A DNA stretch of 64,000 bases, taken from positions 179,528-243,527 of the forward strand of contig CAVPGA010000009.1 of NCBI GenBank assembly GCA_963703935.1, in the 5' to 3' direction. Below, in pieces: positions 53,053 to 64,000 of this stretch. The notes beneath the pieces are model-generated. The model saw only the letters and a program-made list of their open reading frames with translations. It made no database searches and was not told where the DNA came from. Origin of the DNA: an uncultured Bacteroidales bacterium (GTDB lineage: Bacteria; Bacteroidota; Bacteroidia; Bacteroidales; VadinHA17). The position numbers were made by a program, and so were the translations under genes. Position 1 is the stretch's first letter, and the number at the start of each line of letters is the position of its first letter.

Positions 53053-54534
53053 TTATCTAAGTGGAGTCGGACTGTTGGCCATTTTCACGGTAGTCAAGAA
53101 TAAAAGCCTGCATACATCCTCCATAATTTCAGGATTTATGACATCAATATTGTCGCCGGGCAGGTGGTAGGGAGATTGCGAACCAGTGGTTGCAAAGCTT
53201 AAAGAAGGGACACCGGCACTCATGAATATGGCAGCATCGAGACGTGGTCTTCCGAGATTCGGGAAGAAATTTGTATTGAGACTGGCATGGATGTAAGCAG
53301 TGTTTTCCTCCTTAACGATCGACCACATTGCGGGATAATTCTCACCTCCGGTTGCACTTATTCCGTTGCCGACACCAACACCATCCATATTAAGTAAAAC
53401 GCTGTTCTCCAAAGGAAATACAGGGTCTTTGATATACTTCTTTGATCCAAGAAGGGCTTGCTCTTCAGATCCGAATGAAATGAACATTACTGACCTTTTC
53501 AGGGTAATATGATTCTGAGCCAAAGCTTTTGCCACTCCTGTCATCACCGCAACTGCCGATGCATTGTCGTTGGCACCTGGCATCATTTCATAACATTTGC
53601 CGAGGTGATCGAGATGAGCACCTATAATAATTACCTCCCTGTTTAATTCCGGATCGGAGCCCTTAAGGAGTCCGATGACATTACTCCCTTTCCCGTCAGG
53701 AAAGTGCCGGGTGCTCATCTTTATCGTGACATTCTTTCCGGTATTGAAACTCCCGGGTTTGAGAGTTTTATTGATCTTTGCTAAATTTTCCCTGTAATTG
53801 ATACCAGTTCCGGTAAATATGTCCTTTACAACGGAGTCTCCGACATGCACATATACAAAATTTTCAATATATGAGTTGTTTGGATTGGCTATTGGTCCGT
53901 AATTGTACAACATACCTATAGCTCCATGCTTTGATGCATTTTCCAGTTTATGCTGATGGAAGGAATATTTGAACCATGGATTGAATTTCTCAGCGCCTGC
54001 TCCCGGTGAAACCGGTGATTCCCGTTCGATCAGAATTATTTTCCCTCTGACATCAATCCCGGCATAATCATCATAATTGAGTTCAGGTGCTGTAATTCCA
54101 TATCCTGCGTACACTACTTCGCCCGTCACTTCGCCGCTGCCTGACGTTGAGCCGGGAACAAATTCGGTTACATACCTGTATTGTTTTGATATTATGTCTC
54201 CTTTTTTCAGAGGGATGTGAAGAGTAACACCGCAATCGGGAAGAACAAGCGTATACGGGACATTGAACCATTGAAACCAGCTCCCGTCATCACCGGCGGG
54301 TGAAAGGCCCCATTTTGAGAATTCTGAGGCCAGCCATTCGGCACAATCCTGGTATTCCTTTGTTCCTGTCAGTCTTCCTGCATATTTTTCATCACACATG
54401 ATTTTAACATAATTCATCAGGTCGTTACTTGCTATTGAGCGCATCGACTGCAGTACATCTTTGTCATTTGTATTCTGCCCGGTGGATGAAATTGTTGAAA
54501 TGAAAACTGAGAGAATGAAAAGCGTCTTTTTCAT
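53053..54534 (-). CDS. M28 family metallopeptidase with PA domain
   Basis: 493-aa ORF with a signal peptide and the motifs NVIGLLKGSDP...IIGAHLDHLG...NDNASAVAV...FGSEEQ. Confidence 0.85.
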   Translation of the reverse strand: MKKTLFILSVFISTISSTGQNTNDKDVLQSMRSIASNDLMNYVKIMCDEKYAGRLTGTKEYQDCAEWLASEFSKWGLSPAGDDGSWFQWFNVPYTLVLPDCGVTLHIPLKKGDIISKQYRYVTEFVPGSTSGSGEVTGEVVYAGYGITAPELNYDDYAGIDVRGKIILIERESPVSPGAGAEKFNPWFKYSFHQHKLENASKHGAIGMLYNYGPIANPNNSYIENFVYVHVGDSVVKDIFTGTGINYRENLAKINKTLKPGSFNTGKNVTIKMSTRHFPDGKGSNVIGLLKGSDPELNREVIIIGAHLDHLGKCYEMMPGANDNASAVAVMTGVAKALAQNHITLKRSVMFISFGSEEQALLGSKKYIKDPVFPLENSVLLNMDGVGVGNGISATGGENYPAMWSIVKEENTAYIHASLNTNFFPNLGRPRLDAAIFMSAGVPSLSFATTGSQSPYHLPGDNIDVINPEIMEDVCRLLFLTTVKMANSPTPLR

Positions 54535-54546
54535 ATGCAGCTTAGA

Positions 54547-56865
54547 TTATTTCAAAGTTAATCTGATTTTTTTGACATCGCGGCTGTTTGGTCCTACCAT
54601 TATTTCAAAATCGCCTGGTTCGCATACGTAATCCAGATCATGATTATAATATTTCAGATCTTCTGCTTTCAGGTCGAAAGAGACCTCCCTGCTTTCACCT
54701 GCCTTCAGGAATATTTTCTGGAAACCCTTTAACTCCTTCACGGGACGGGTTGATGTACTGAATATATCATGTATATAAAGCTGAACTATTTCTTTCCCGT
54801 CCAATTTTCCCGAATTTGTCAGGGTGACTTTGGCTGTCACTTTTCCATTCATCGTCATTTCAGGAGCTGAAAGAGTAATATCTCCATAATCGAATTTGGT
54901 ATAGCTTAAACCATAACCGAAAGGATAAAGCGGAGCATTTAATACATCTATGTAATTGCTTGTGAAACGGGCATATTGATCATAATCTCCGTGAGGACGC
55001 CCTGTATTCTTATGATTGTAATAGATTGGCAGCTGACCGGCGTTCCGTGGAAACGAGGTTGTAAGTTTACCACTTGGATTTTGGTCACCGAATAGTATCC
55101 CTGCTATAGAAGTTCCCGCTTCCGAGCCAGGGAACCATGCATTAAGAATTGCAGGTACATTTTCCTCTTCCCAGGTCAGGATCAGCGGACGTCCGGTAAA
55201 AATAACAAGTACAACAGGTTTACCGGTGGAAACCAGTGATTTAAGCAGTTCGAGCTGCGGTTCCGGGATGTCAGGAATAGAGCGTGATGCACCTTCCCCG
55301 TTCATATTCGCATTTTCCCCCATTGCGGCAATTATTACATCAGAGTTATTTGCAAGATCAAGAGCCTCTTTCAACAGATCCTCAGGTTTACGGTCATGTA
55401 TCTTTCTGGCCTGCATACCCGGAATTACAAATCCCATCATCCCGTTCAACTTTGATTCAAGGAGTGAATCCGCGACCAGATTGCTCCCTTTTGCATATAT
55501 TACAGTACCATTGGCCTTGACAGCTGCCTTTAAACCCTGATAAAGTGAAACCGACTGCGCCCCTTGTCCTGTGAGGGCCCAGCATCCCGGCATATCGCCG
55601 GCGGCATCACCCAGAGGGCCTATGACCGCAATCCTGCCTTCTTTCTTTAAGGGGAGTAAATTATTTTCGTTTTTCAGCAGGACCTGGCATTCATCTGCAA
55701 TCTCACGCGATATAGCCCGGTTTCGGGTGCTGAACAGCTCCTTTGACGATCTCTCTTCGTTGCAGTATTTATATGGATCTTCGAATAGGCCCAGCCTGTA
55801 TTTGGCTTCAAGTATTCTTCTGCATGCCTGGTCGATCTGTGCCTGGAAAATTTTTCCCCCGGATAATGACTGCTTAAGGGTTTTGGTAAATCCCTCGCTT
55901 ACCATGTCCATATCAATACCTGCATCAAGAGCCCTGGCGCTTACGGTTTGCAGGTCACCGATGCCGTGGTTTATCATCTCAGGTATCCCTGTATAGTCCG
56001 ATACTATAAATCCTTTGAAGCCCCACTGCTTTCTTAATACATCATCCAGCAGGTATTTATTGGCCGTAGCAGGAATGCCTTCAAATTCGTTGAACGAGGC
56101 CATATAACTGCCTGCACCCTGTTCGCAAGCCGCTTTATACGGGAGCATATATTCATTCATCATCCTCTGACGGCTCATGTCCACAGTGTTATAATCACGG
56201 CCCGCTTCACCTGCTCCGTATAAGGCATAATGCTTGACACATGCCATTACCGTATTCTCAACTGAAAAATCATTGTTCTTACCCTGATATCCTCTTACCA
56301 CTGCTTTTGCTATCTCACCTCCAAGGTAAGGATCCTCCCCGGAACCCTCTGCGATTCTTCCCCACCTGGCATCGTGACAGATGTCAACCATCGGACTGAA
56401 TACCCAGTTTATTCCGTCGATACTTGCTTCTGTAGCGGCAATCCTTGCTTCACGCTCAATAAGTTCCAGATTCCATGATGTTGACAGAGCCAATGGTATC
56501 GGAAAGGTGGTTTCATAACCGTGTATCACATCGAGGCCGAACAAAAGAGGTATATGCAGACGGGTTTTTTCAACAGCTATCTGCTGTTTTTCCCGTATCT
56601 GTTTCGCACCTTTCATTCCAAAAAGACCGCCGATCTCCCCTTTCGCAATTCTCTGTTCCAGGGGGTTCAGTTCACCGTTTTTCCGTTCCCCGGCAATGAA
56701 ACTGCTTGAAACCGGCAGATTAAGCTGCCCGATCTTTTCCTCAAGGGTCATCTGCGACATCAGCTTGCTGATGAAGGAGTCCATCTGTTTGCCGGTCTGT
56801 GCTTTAACATGAAGTAATGCAGCAAGAAGAATTGCAATAAGAAAATACCGCTTATCCATATTCAA
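54547..56865 (-). CDS. bglX: GH3 beta-glucosidase (BglX-like)
   Basis: 772-aa ORF with a signal peptide and the motifs GLDVIHG, ARWGRIAEGSGEDP and FKGFIVSDY. It has a C-terminal fibronectin-like domain. Confidence 0.85.
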   Translation of the reverse strand: MNMDKRYFLIAILLAALLHVKAQTGKQMDSFISKLMSQMTLEEKIGQLNLPVSSSFIAGERKNGELNPLEQRIAKGEIGGLFGMKGAKQIREKQQIAVEKTRLHIPLLFGLDVIHGYETTFPIPLALSTSWNLELIEREARIAATEASIDGINWVFSPMVDICHDARWGRIAEGSGEDPYLGGEIAKAVVRGYQGKNNDFSVENTVMACVKHYALYGAGEAGRDYNTVDMSRQRMMNEYMLPYKAACEQGAGSYMASFNEFEGIPATANKYLLDDVLRKQWGFKGFIVSDYTGIPEMINHGIGDLQTVSARALDAGIDMDMVSEGFTKTLKQSLSGGKIFQAQIDQACRRILEAKYRLGLFEDPYKYCNEERSSKELFSTRNRAISREIADECQVLLKNENNLLPLKKEGRIAVIGPLGDAAGDMPGCWALTGQGAQSVSLYQGLKAAVKANGTVIYAKGSNLVADSLLESKLNGMMGFVIPGMQARKIHDRKPEDLLKEALDLANNSDVIIAAMGENANMNGEGASRSIPDIPEPQLELLKSLVSTGKPVVLVIFTGRPLILTWEEENVPAILNAWFPGSEAGTSIAGILFGDQNPSGKLTTSFPRNAGQLPIYYNHKNTGRPHGDYDQYARFTSNYIDVLNAPLYPFGYGLSYTKFDYGDITLSAPEMTMNGKVTAKVTLTNSGKLDGKEIVQLYIHDIFSTSTRPVKELKGFQKIFLKAGESREVSFDLKAEDLKYYNHDLDYVCEPGDFEIMVGPNSRDVKKIRLTLK

Positions 56866-57018
56866 ATAGTTTTGATAAAGTAAATTTAATCAATTTCATG
56901 AAATGGGTAATTAAAATTGGGTCCTGTGGTGTAATGAAGGAGAGAGGAGGAGAATTTACTATACATTGTTGCATTTGGGTTGAGCGAATACTCAGTGATT
57001 CAATATACCTTATTGAAT

Positions 57019-58782
57019 TCAGCTCTGAACCTTACCATGCATAAGCAGGTCGAGGGCTTCGTTGAATGATCCTGCCGCAATTATGTTTCCTGAGTTAACA
57101 AAGAAGATTTCATCGGCATTTTCGATGGTATTCAGACGATGAGCTATAATAACCTTTGTAGTCGATGCCGGAAGATTCTTCAGAATTTCTTCGAGCTGCT
57201 GTTCGGTTACCGTATCAATATTGGCTGTTGCTTCATCAAGTATTAAAAGTTCAGGCTTTCTTAGAATTGCTCTCATAAAAGCGATAAGCTGCTTTTGCCC
57301 GAGACTTATTCCATCACCTGTTATCTGAATCGGTGTGTCAAGCCCGCTGTCAAACCGTTTAAGAAGGTCTTTAAGTTTCACCTCCTCAATAGCCTTTTCC
57401 AGTTGGTCGTTAGTAAGTCCGGCACAATCAGGATTACCATACAGAATATTATCGCGTACTGTTCCTGAAAAGAGTAAAGGTTCCTGAAGGATGAATCCTA
57501 TCTTCGAAGCCCGCTCACAGGGGGTGTACGACCTGATATCTCTGCCATCGAGCAGTATTGTACCTTTCGTTGTATCGTACAACCGGGCAATAAGAGAGGC
57601 CGTTGTGGTTTTTCCACCTCCCGTCGGACCCACAAATGCATAAGTCCTGCCTTTTTGGAGATCGAAGCTGACCTTGTGCAACACCTCTTTCCCGTCAGGA
57701 TACCTGAAAGTAATATCCCCGAAATGAATGTAAGATCTGCTTGTAGACTCTTTTGTTTCTCCCACAATCGTAAGATCGTTTTCGAATGAAAGCAAATGTG
57801 AGATCCGGTCCCATGCTGCCAGTGCTATCTGGAAATTAGCCCACAAGGCAGCCATCTGCCGCAATGGATTATAGAAACTGGATATATATGCAATGAAGCT
57901 TATAAGCAATCCTATAGAAAAATACCCATTGATAATCAGCCAGATACCCAGGGATAGAATAATAAGCTGTCCGATATTTGATGCAAAAGTGTAAACCGGT
58001 ATGAGAATGTTATTGGCAATACCTGCATATACTGATCTATCGTAATTCTCACGGTTAGCTTCCCCGAACCGTTTGCGGAAATAGTCCCGCCTGTCGAAAG
58101 CAACGACCACCTTGAAATTTGCCAGGCTTTCCTGGATCTCTGCAGATAAATAACCAAGGCTTTTAAGACTCGCTTCGTTCTTTCTCCTTATCCACGGAGA
58201 GACGCTCTTTGTAAAGATCCACAGGAATATTGCCGGGGAGAGTGCTGCCAGTCCAAGCGGCAGGTTAATCACCAGGAGAATGATCCCTGCTCCGGTCATT
58301 GTTATGAGACTTCCTATAAACTGCATGAGTGACTGGGAGAAGAACTGGTTTACCTTATCAGTGTCGTTGTTGATCCGCGATATCAGGTCTCCTGCCTTAT
58401 TCTGATTGAAAAAATCGAGAGGCAGCTCCTGCAGCTTATTGAAAACAGAATTCCGCAGGCTGAAGAGCATCCGTTGACCAATGCCCCCCATCATACGCAT
58501 CTGAGCATAGTTGACAACAAATGCTGTTATATACATGGCAAGAAGGATCCCTGCAAACGAGAGCACCCCATGATAATTTTTTGCCGGGACATAAGTATCT
58601 ATTGTATAACCTACCAGGTATGGACCAAGCAGGTTTAGCCCGGCATTAAGGAAAATTGCTGCAAAAGCAATTGTAAGGTTGCGACGCTCACCGCTGATAA
58701 TTGAAATCAGTTTCCTCAGTGATGCCAGAATGGTGAGTTTACCGGCTGTTTCTTCAGACGGCTGATTCAGATTATAATTCAT
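57019..58782 (-). CDS. ABC exporter, fused permease/ATPase (type I, MsbA/MdlB-like)
   Basis: 587-aa ORF with six TM segments followed by Walker A (GPTGGGKTT), the signature sequence (LGQKQ) and Walker B (LILDEA). Confidence 0.9.
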   Translation of the reverse strand: MNYNLNQPSEETAGKLTILASLRKLISIISGERRNLTIAFAAIFLNAGLNLLGPYLVGYTIDTYVPAKNYHGVLSFAGILLAMYITAFVVNYAQMRMMGGIGQRMLFSLRNSVFNKLQELPLDFFNQNKAGDLISRINNDTDKVNQFFSQSLMQFIGSLITMTGAGIILLVINLPLGLAALSPAIFLWIFTKSVSPWIRRKNEASLKSLGYLSAEIQESLANFKVVVAFDRRDYFRKRFGEANRENYDRSVYAGIANNILIPVYTFASNIGQLIILSLGIWLIINGYFSIGLLISFIAYISSFYNPLRQMAALWANFQIALAAWDRISHLLSFENDLTIVGETKESTSRSYIHFGDITFRYPDGKEVLHKVSFDLQKGRTYAFVGPTGGGKTTTASLIARLYDTTKGTILLDGRDIRSYTPCERASKIGFILQEPLLFSGTVRDNILYGNPDCAGLTNDQLEKAIEEVKLKDLLKRFDSGLDTPIQITGDGISLGQKQLIAFMRAILRKPELLILDEATANIDTVTEQQLEEILKNLPASTTKVIIAHRLNTIENADEIFFVNSGNIIAAGSFNEALDLLMHGKVQS

Positions 58783-60532
58783 AATGATGTGTGCTTCTTT
58801 GTGAACTGTATATCTGAATGTATTCCGGTGAACTTTCCATTAAATCCTTATGTTTTCCGGAAGCTATTATTTCTCCCTCCATAAGTAGAATTATCTGCTC
58901 AAAATGCCTTACCGGTGAAATTTTCTGTGTAACGGACAGGAGTGTCAGCCCGGGATAGTTATTCTGAATATTACATAAAATTTTATTCTCGGTTTTCCTG
59001 TCAACCCTGGAGGTAAAATCGTCAAGCAGCAGTATTTTAGGATTAAGAGCCAGGGCTCTCGCCAGCATTATTCTTTGTTTTTGTCCGCCGGACAGGTTGG
59101 CTCCTCTTTCTGAGACCATTGTATCGAGCTTCTCAGGAAGTGAATCGATAAAATCCCCCAGCTCAGCCGTTTCGATTGCTTTTTTGAGGGACTCCTCTGT
59201 TACATTATCGTTGAATGCAATATTTTCCCTGATACTCATATTAAATATTACACTGTCCTGAAATACAAAACCTATCTGCTTGTGAAATATCTCTTTTGAA
59301 TATTTTTCAATGGAGATTCCATTGAATTTTATGCTGCCCGAATCAGGAGCAATAATGTTTATAAGAAGGTATAGCAGCTGACTTTTACCCGCTGCCGTGG
59401 GCCCGATGATAGCGGTTTTGCTGCCAGCTTTGATGCTTAAAGAGATGTTTTTCAGTATGGGTTTTTCTCCATAACTGAGAAAAACGTTTTCCAGTTGTAT
59501 ATCTCCACTGAGATCAGAACTAATTGTACCCGTTTCTTCCGGCGGAGGTTCATCAAGGACTTTCCTGATTCTTTCATGCGATGGCGTGGCAGCGGCAATT
59601 ATGTTGCTCATAAATCCAATCATTATTACCGGGAATATAAGCATTAAGAGATAGCTGTTGAATGCAGCGAAGTTACCGAGTGAAAGCGATCCGAGAACAA
59701 CAAAATGACCTCCCAGGGCAAGAATTGTAACCACAGCCAGGTTTGAAACGAACATGATAATGGGGATAAGGACTGAAAAAAGCCGTACTATCGATAAACT
59801 CAAGTCGCGCGATACAATATTTTTTTCCAGAAACTTTTGGCTCTCCGGCTGCTGTGAGTTAAGGACTCTTATAAGTGCCGCACCCAGGATACTTTCATTA
59901 ATAATCCTGTTAAGAGCATCTATCACCTCCCTGCTTTTTCTGAAAATGACCCTTACTTTCCGGAACACCACAAAAAAGGAAGTAGCAATTATTGGAACTA
60001 TTAAAAGAACTGCAAGGGCCAGCTTCCAGTTTATCATTATCAGCAGAACAGATGCACCAATGATTACGAAAAGGGAAGAGATGATTGTGACAAAAGCCTG
60101 TGAAACAAACATTTTTACAGAGTCCATGTCGGATGTCATGTTTGTCAGAAGCCGGGCAGGATTTGACTTAAGAATATATGAATAGCTTTGCCGGGATAGT
60201 CTGTCTGCCAGTTTGTTGCGTAAATCTTTTGCCACTCTCTCAGCTGTAATGGTCTGCAGGAAGCCCTGAAAAAGCGTAAAAATAAATATACCTGCAGAGG
60301 CCAGGAGGAATTCTGTAATGATCGTTCCAGCATTAAACCTGTTGGCCGAGAAGGCATCAATGCCTTGCGCAATAATTTTGGGAATAAGTAGGTTGAGGCT
60401 GCTTCCCGCGAGGGCCATAAAGATCAATATGGCGACGATTCCCTTATAAGGTCCCAGAAGACTGAACAATCCTGCCTTCTGTTCCGTAACTGCCAATGAT
60501 CTTTTTCCGGGTCCTTTCATTCTCCCTGTCAA
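58772..60532 (-). CDS. ABC exporter, fused permease/ATPase (probable heterodimer partner)
   Basis: 586-aa ORF with Walker A (GPTAAGKSQ), the signature sequence (LSGGQKQR) and Walker B (LLLDDF). Its 3' end overlaps the downstream partner gene by 11 nt. Confidence 0.9.
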   Translation of the reverse strand: MTGRMKGPGKRSLAVTEQKAGLFSLLGPYKGIVAILIFMALAGSSLNLLIPKIIAQGIDAFSANRFNAGTIITEFLLASAGIFIFTLFQGFLQTITAERVAKDLRNKLADRLSRQSYSYILKSNPARLLTNMTSDMDSVKMFVSQAFVTIISSLFVIIGASVLLIMINWKLALAVLLIVPIIATSFFVVFRKVRVIFRKSREVIDALNRIINESILGAALIRVLNSQQPESQKFLEKNIVSRDLSLSIVRLFSVLIPIIMFVSNLAVVTILALGGHFVVLGSLSLGNFAAFNSYLLMLIFPVIMIGFMSNIIAAATPSHERIRKVLDEPPPEETGTISSDLSGDIQLENVFLSYGEKPILKNISLSIKAGSKTAIIGPTAAGKSQLLYLLINIIAPDSGSIKFNGISIEKYSKEIFHKQIGFVFQDSVIFNMSIRENIAFNDNVTEESLKKAIETAELGDFIDSLPEKLDTMVSERGANLSGGQKQRIMLARALALNPKILLLDDFTSRVDRKTENKILCNIQNNYPGLTLLSVTQKISPVRHFEQIILLMEGEIIASGKHKDLMESSPEYIQIYSSQRSTHHYEL

Positions 60533-60751
60533 AATAATTTGCGGCTAAATTTACTCCACAAACTTTAATTTTGCTAATGGTGAATTCTTTGAAAAAAAAC
60601 TCAGTACTCCGATACTGCATCCCGGCTTTGATTCTCCGCCCACCTCGAAGCTGGAGGAATTAATCCTGCCGGTTCTTATGATCCGGTATAATAAAAATAT
60701 TTGCAACACTGAATTAATTTGCCTGTCTTTGCAGTATAATAAATTCAATAT

Positions 60752-63169
60752 ATGCTTAATAACCTGCTGAAGCACAGCATAAGATCTTTTAAAAGACAGC
60801 GTGCATATATAATAATAAATGTCCTGGGACTGGCAATAGGGATTGCGTGCAGCCTTCTTATTACCCTCTATGTGATAAATGAAGCAAGCTATGACAGTTT
60901 TAACTTAAAAAAAGACAGAATTTTCAGGGTTATCCTTAATGGTAAAATCGGAGAGCAGGAGATTACCGGTTCATCCACTCCCGCCGTTATGGGACCCACC
61001 CTGCCAGGGGAATTCCCTGAAGTTGAAGATTTTCTGCGAATGAATGATGTCGGACCCATTGTGGTGGAATATGAACAGCAGTTCTTTACCGATAATGATA
61101 TTATTCAGGCTGATTCCTCTTTCTTTAATTTCTTCACAATCCCGGTGATCAAGGGAGATCCGGATAACCTTCTTAACAGACCTCATCAAGTCGTACTGTC
61201 AGTAACCACGGCAAAAAAACTGTTTGGCAATGAAGATCCGGTTGACAAACTTATAAAGATCGGATCCGATACAACCAGATATGTTGTTACCGGGGTAATG
61301 GAAAATGTACCTTCAAATTCGCATTTTGAGGCTAGTATGGTTACCTCCTTCATGACCAATCCAAGGTCCAGGGAACAGGTATGGCTGAACAATAGTTTCA
61401 ACCTGTATTTGCTACTGAAACCCAATTCAAGCTACACAACTGTAGATGCTAAATTCACAGATCTGATAGTTAAATACGTCGGACCGGAAATACAGAAGTA
61501 TACAGGAACAAATGTTGAGGAGTTTATCAAAAGAGGCAACAAATACAGGTTTTTTCTCCAGAAACTGACTGATATTCATCTCGACAATACAATCGAGGGA
61601 GGATTTAAAGCTCCGGCTGATCCTAAATATCTCATCATCTTCAGCAGCATAGCTATTCTGATAGTCGTAATTGCAGCCATCAATTTCATGAACCTGGCCA
61701 CAGCTCAGGCATCCAGAAGGGCAAAAGAGGTTGGGATCAAGAAAGTAGGCGGTTCAACCCGGGGTATGCTTATTACTCAGTTCCTTACCGAATCATTTAT
61801 CATCGCTTTCGTCTCCCTTGTTTTTGCTCTGGTCATTATCAGGCTGAGTTTGCCATTTTTCAACAATTTGCTTGGTACAAGGCTGGCCTTAAACCTTTTT
61901 GCAGCATGGTACACTATCCCTGGATTAATTTTATTCACACTGATCGTTGGGTTAATGTCAGGAAGCTACCCTGCATTTTTCCTGTCATCGTTCAATCCTT
62001 ACGAGGTACTTAAAGGAAATACCGGGAACAGTGCAGGCAACGGAAGACTCAGAAGAATACTTGTTGTATTCCAGTTTGCAGTATCGATCCTTCTTATTGT
62101 AGGTACTCTGATAATGAGTAAGCAGATAAAATTTATGCTTAATAAAGATGTGGGTTTTAACAAGGAACAACTGATAGTTATCGAGAGGGCACAAGTATTG
62201 GGAAATAAAATGAAGTCCTTCAAGGAGAGTATGAAAATGTTACCCGGAGTGGTAAATATAGCAAGTTCGACTGCTTTACCCGGACGTACCAACAATAAAA
62301 ATGGTTATCTGATTGAAGGCAGGAAGGATGAAACATATCTGATGGCAACAAGCTGGGTAGATTATGACTTCCTTGATACTTATGGAATGAAGCTTGAAAC
62401 CGGCAGGGATTTTAACGAATCATTCACAACCGACAGGCAGGTATGTATCCTTAATGAAAGTGCCGTCAAGAATTTTAATATCACCGACCTTGAAAAGACA
62501 AGGATACTTCGATTGGAAGAGAATGGACCTGAAACTTACCCGATAATAGGAGTGGTAAAGAATTTTAATTTTGAATCACTCCGTAATCCGGTTCAACCCT
62601 ATGTACTCATGCTTCAGGGCGAAAATAATTATTGGGGATACATTTCAGTGAGATTGTCCGCAGGAAATTATTCCGCTACAATCAATGGTATCGAAAAGAT
62701 ATGGAAGGAATATTCCTCCGGCAGCCCCCTTCAATATTACTTTCTGGACACTGATTTTGAAAGAATGTACAGCCAGGAGAAGCAAAATGCACAGATGGCA
62801 ATGATCTTTTCTTTGCTGGCTATCTTTATCGCAGCTCTTGGACTTTTCGGCCTTACATCCTTTACAGTGGAACAGAAAACCAAGGAGATCGGGGTCAGAA
62901 AAGCCATGGGATCATCGATCACAGGCATATACATCGAATTCTCGAAGGAAATTATCCTGCTGGTCTCAATTTCAGCATTTTTGGCATGGCCTGTCATTTA
63001 TTTCTATGCCGGAAAATGGCTGGAAAATTTCTACTATAAGATAAATCTTGGTTTCTTCAGTTTTATTGCAGGTCTTATCATTGCACTGAGCGTTGCTCTG
63101 ATCACCATAAGCTATCGTGTAATAAAGGCTGCCAGGGTTAATCCGGCCCGGTCGCTCAAGTACGAATGA
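60752..63169 (+). CDS. FtsX/MacB-like ABC transporter permease (duplicated FtsX domains)
   Basis: 805-aa ORF with the N-terminal pattern LKHSIRSFKRQRAYIIINVLGLAIG. It has two four-TM FtsX modules separated by large periplasmic domains. Confidence 0.85.
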   Translation: MLNNLLKHSIRSFKRQRAYIIINVLGLAIGIACSLLITLYVINEASYDSFNLKKDRIFRVILNGKIGEQEITGSSTPAVMGPTLPGEFPEVEDFLRMNDVGPIVVEYEQQFFTDNDIIQADSSFFNFFTIPVIKGDPDNLLNRPHQVVLSVTTAKKLFGNEDPVDKLIKIGSDTTRYVVTGVMENVPSNSHFEASMVTSFMTNPRSREQVWLNNSFNLYLLLKPNSSYTTVDAKFTDLIVKYVGPEIQKYTGTNVEEFIKRGNKYRFFLQKLTDIHLDNTIEGGFKAPADPKYLIIFSSIAILIVVIAAINFMNLATAQASRRAKEVGIKKVGGSTRGMLITQFLTESFIIAFVSLVFALVIIRLSLPFFNNLLGTRLALNLFAAWYTIPGLILFTLIVGLMSGSYPAFFLSSFNPYEVLKGNTGNSAGNGRLRRILVVFQFAVSILLIVGTLIMSKQIKFMLNKDVGFNKEQLIVIERAQVLGNKMKSFKESMKMLPGVVNIASSTALPGRTNNKNGYLIEGRKDETYLMATSWVDYDFLDTYGMKLETGRDFNESFTTDRQVCILNESAVKNFNITDLEKTRILRLEENGPETYPIIGVVKNFNFESLRNPVQPYVLMLQGENNYWGYISVRLSAGNYSATINGIEKIWKEYSSGSPLQYYFLDTDFERMYSQEKQNAQMAMIFSLLAIFIAALGLFGLTSFTVEQKTKEIGVRKAMGSSITGIYIEFSKEIILLVSISAFLAWPVIYFYAGKWLENFYYKINLGFFSFIAGLIIALSVALITISYRVIKAARVNPARSLKYE

Positions 63170-63282
63170 GCAGGTGCATGAGATGGAGGGTGGCGTGGAA
63201 GTACCGACATTTCCTGATTCCGAATATTATCGCAATCTTTTATGCGAAAAATATCGCAACCCGACTGAAGGAAAGAGCCTGA

Positions 63283-64000
63283 CTATTTAGCAACCCTGAC
63301 ACACAATAACCTGTCCCGATCCCTTATAAGAAGCTTTCCATCTGAAAGCGCTATCGGCGCCCAGTTCTGAGCCGCTCCACCCATTCTTGATGAGTTCGTC
63401 TGAGCATTTTCCGGATTACCGGTTGTTTTGAGCACTTCTGCAGATGCAAGAGGTTTGAATCCGGAGGGTGATGGTTCTATCACATACAAACTCTTTTGGC
63501 CGTCTGTGGCAAGTATCACTCCGTCGACGAGGATCATGCTGCCTTTATCGAATAGAGGAGCACGTAGAGTTTTCCACAGAACTTTACCATCCATGTCCAT
63601 ACAAACAAGTCCGTCGCGCCTGCTGTTGGTTGTGAATTGAGCATAGAAATAGCCATTGTACAATATGGGCGGTTTTGTGTGATCTCCAAATTCATTATGT
63701 TTAAAAAGCTCTGTTACGCCATAATTGCCATCAGCCTTTTTTTCAACTTTTATCATCACGACACCGTGTTCATACCCACCCACAACAAGGACTTTATTAT
63801 TCCCTGCATCAAGTGCACTGGGCACCGAAATATGACATAACCAGTCATTGTATTCCCAGAGGATTTTTCCTGTAAGGGGGTCCATGCCTGCGACCCTGCC
63901 GGGTGTCTGGGGCAGATCACGATTACCGATAGGATTTGTAGAAGAAACTACAGCCACAATGTGATCTTTCCCATCTATTTTTACGACAGAAGGACTGGCG
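63283..64000 (-). CDS. PQQ-like beta-propeller repeat protein, 5' end outside the window
   Basis: The reading frame stays open upstream of the listed Met at 63957 to the window edge. The blade pattern (GKILW...GKVLWK) is similar to 3441-4685. Confidence 0.7.
   Translation of the reverse strand, partial: ASPSVVKIDGKDHIVAVVSSTNPIGNRDLPQTPGRVAGMDPLTGKILWEYNDWLCHISVPSALDAGNNKVLVVGGYEHGVVMIKVEKKADGNYGVTELFKHNEFGDHTKPPILYNGYFYAQFTTNSRRDGLVCMDMDGKVLWKTLRAPLFDKGSMILVDGVILATDGQKSLYVIEPSPSGFKPLASAEVLKTTGNPENAQTNSSRMGGAAQNWAPIALSDGKLLIRDRDRLLCVRVAK

Overview
This is a 64-kb chromosomal segment of roughly 40% GC (by eye) with Bacteroidota hallmarks. These include a CarboxypepD_reg-type TonB-dependent receptor next to a DUF4249 lipoprotein, a LytS-type kinase with a LytTR regulator, several Tat-exported Gfo/Idh/MocA oxidoreductases, a serine-palmitoyltransferase-like gene, many FtsX/ABC genes, and one TTTG / TAnnTTTG promoter match. 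No transposase, integrase, phage gene, tRNA, rRNA or CRISPR array was found, so it does not look like a mobile island. Gene content is mostly glycan and sugar metabolism (GH29, GH9, GH18, GH3), transport, and periplasmic redox enzymes. Four things stand out. (1) At 35.1-38.4 kb, two membrane proteins each carry two H-x13-H motifs, and one is translationally coupled to a membrane-anchored Fe-S flavoprotein; this is a candidate uncharacterised transmembrane electron-transfer module. (2) At 16.4-25.7 kb, a complete myo-inositol catabolic operon (transporter, aldolase, iolB, iolC, iolD, iolA, iolE) is riddled with frame changes, while iolG and the next dehydrogenase are intact. Seven more genes elsewhere carry 1-3 frameshifts. 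Most of the shifts I traced to the nucleotide are length changes in short homopolymer runs, so an unpolished assembly patch is at least as likely as real gene decay. (3) The intergenic regions hold unusual composite hairpins, in which each arm is built from degenerate short words (CTTTGTG, CTTAGCG, CTGCCTAC, CACGGAG, GAGAGG, CTGGTTG). One ~130-180 bp element occurs twice. (4) Reciprocal gene relics show that a convergent gene pair was duplicated and each copy then lost a different partner. All product calls rest on motifs read by eye from the ORF translations; no database search was run.
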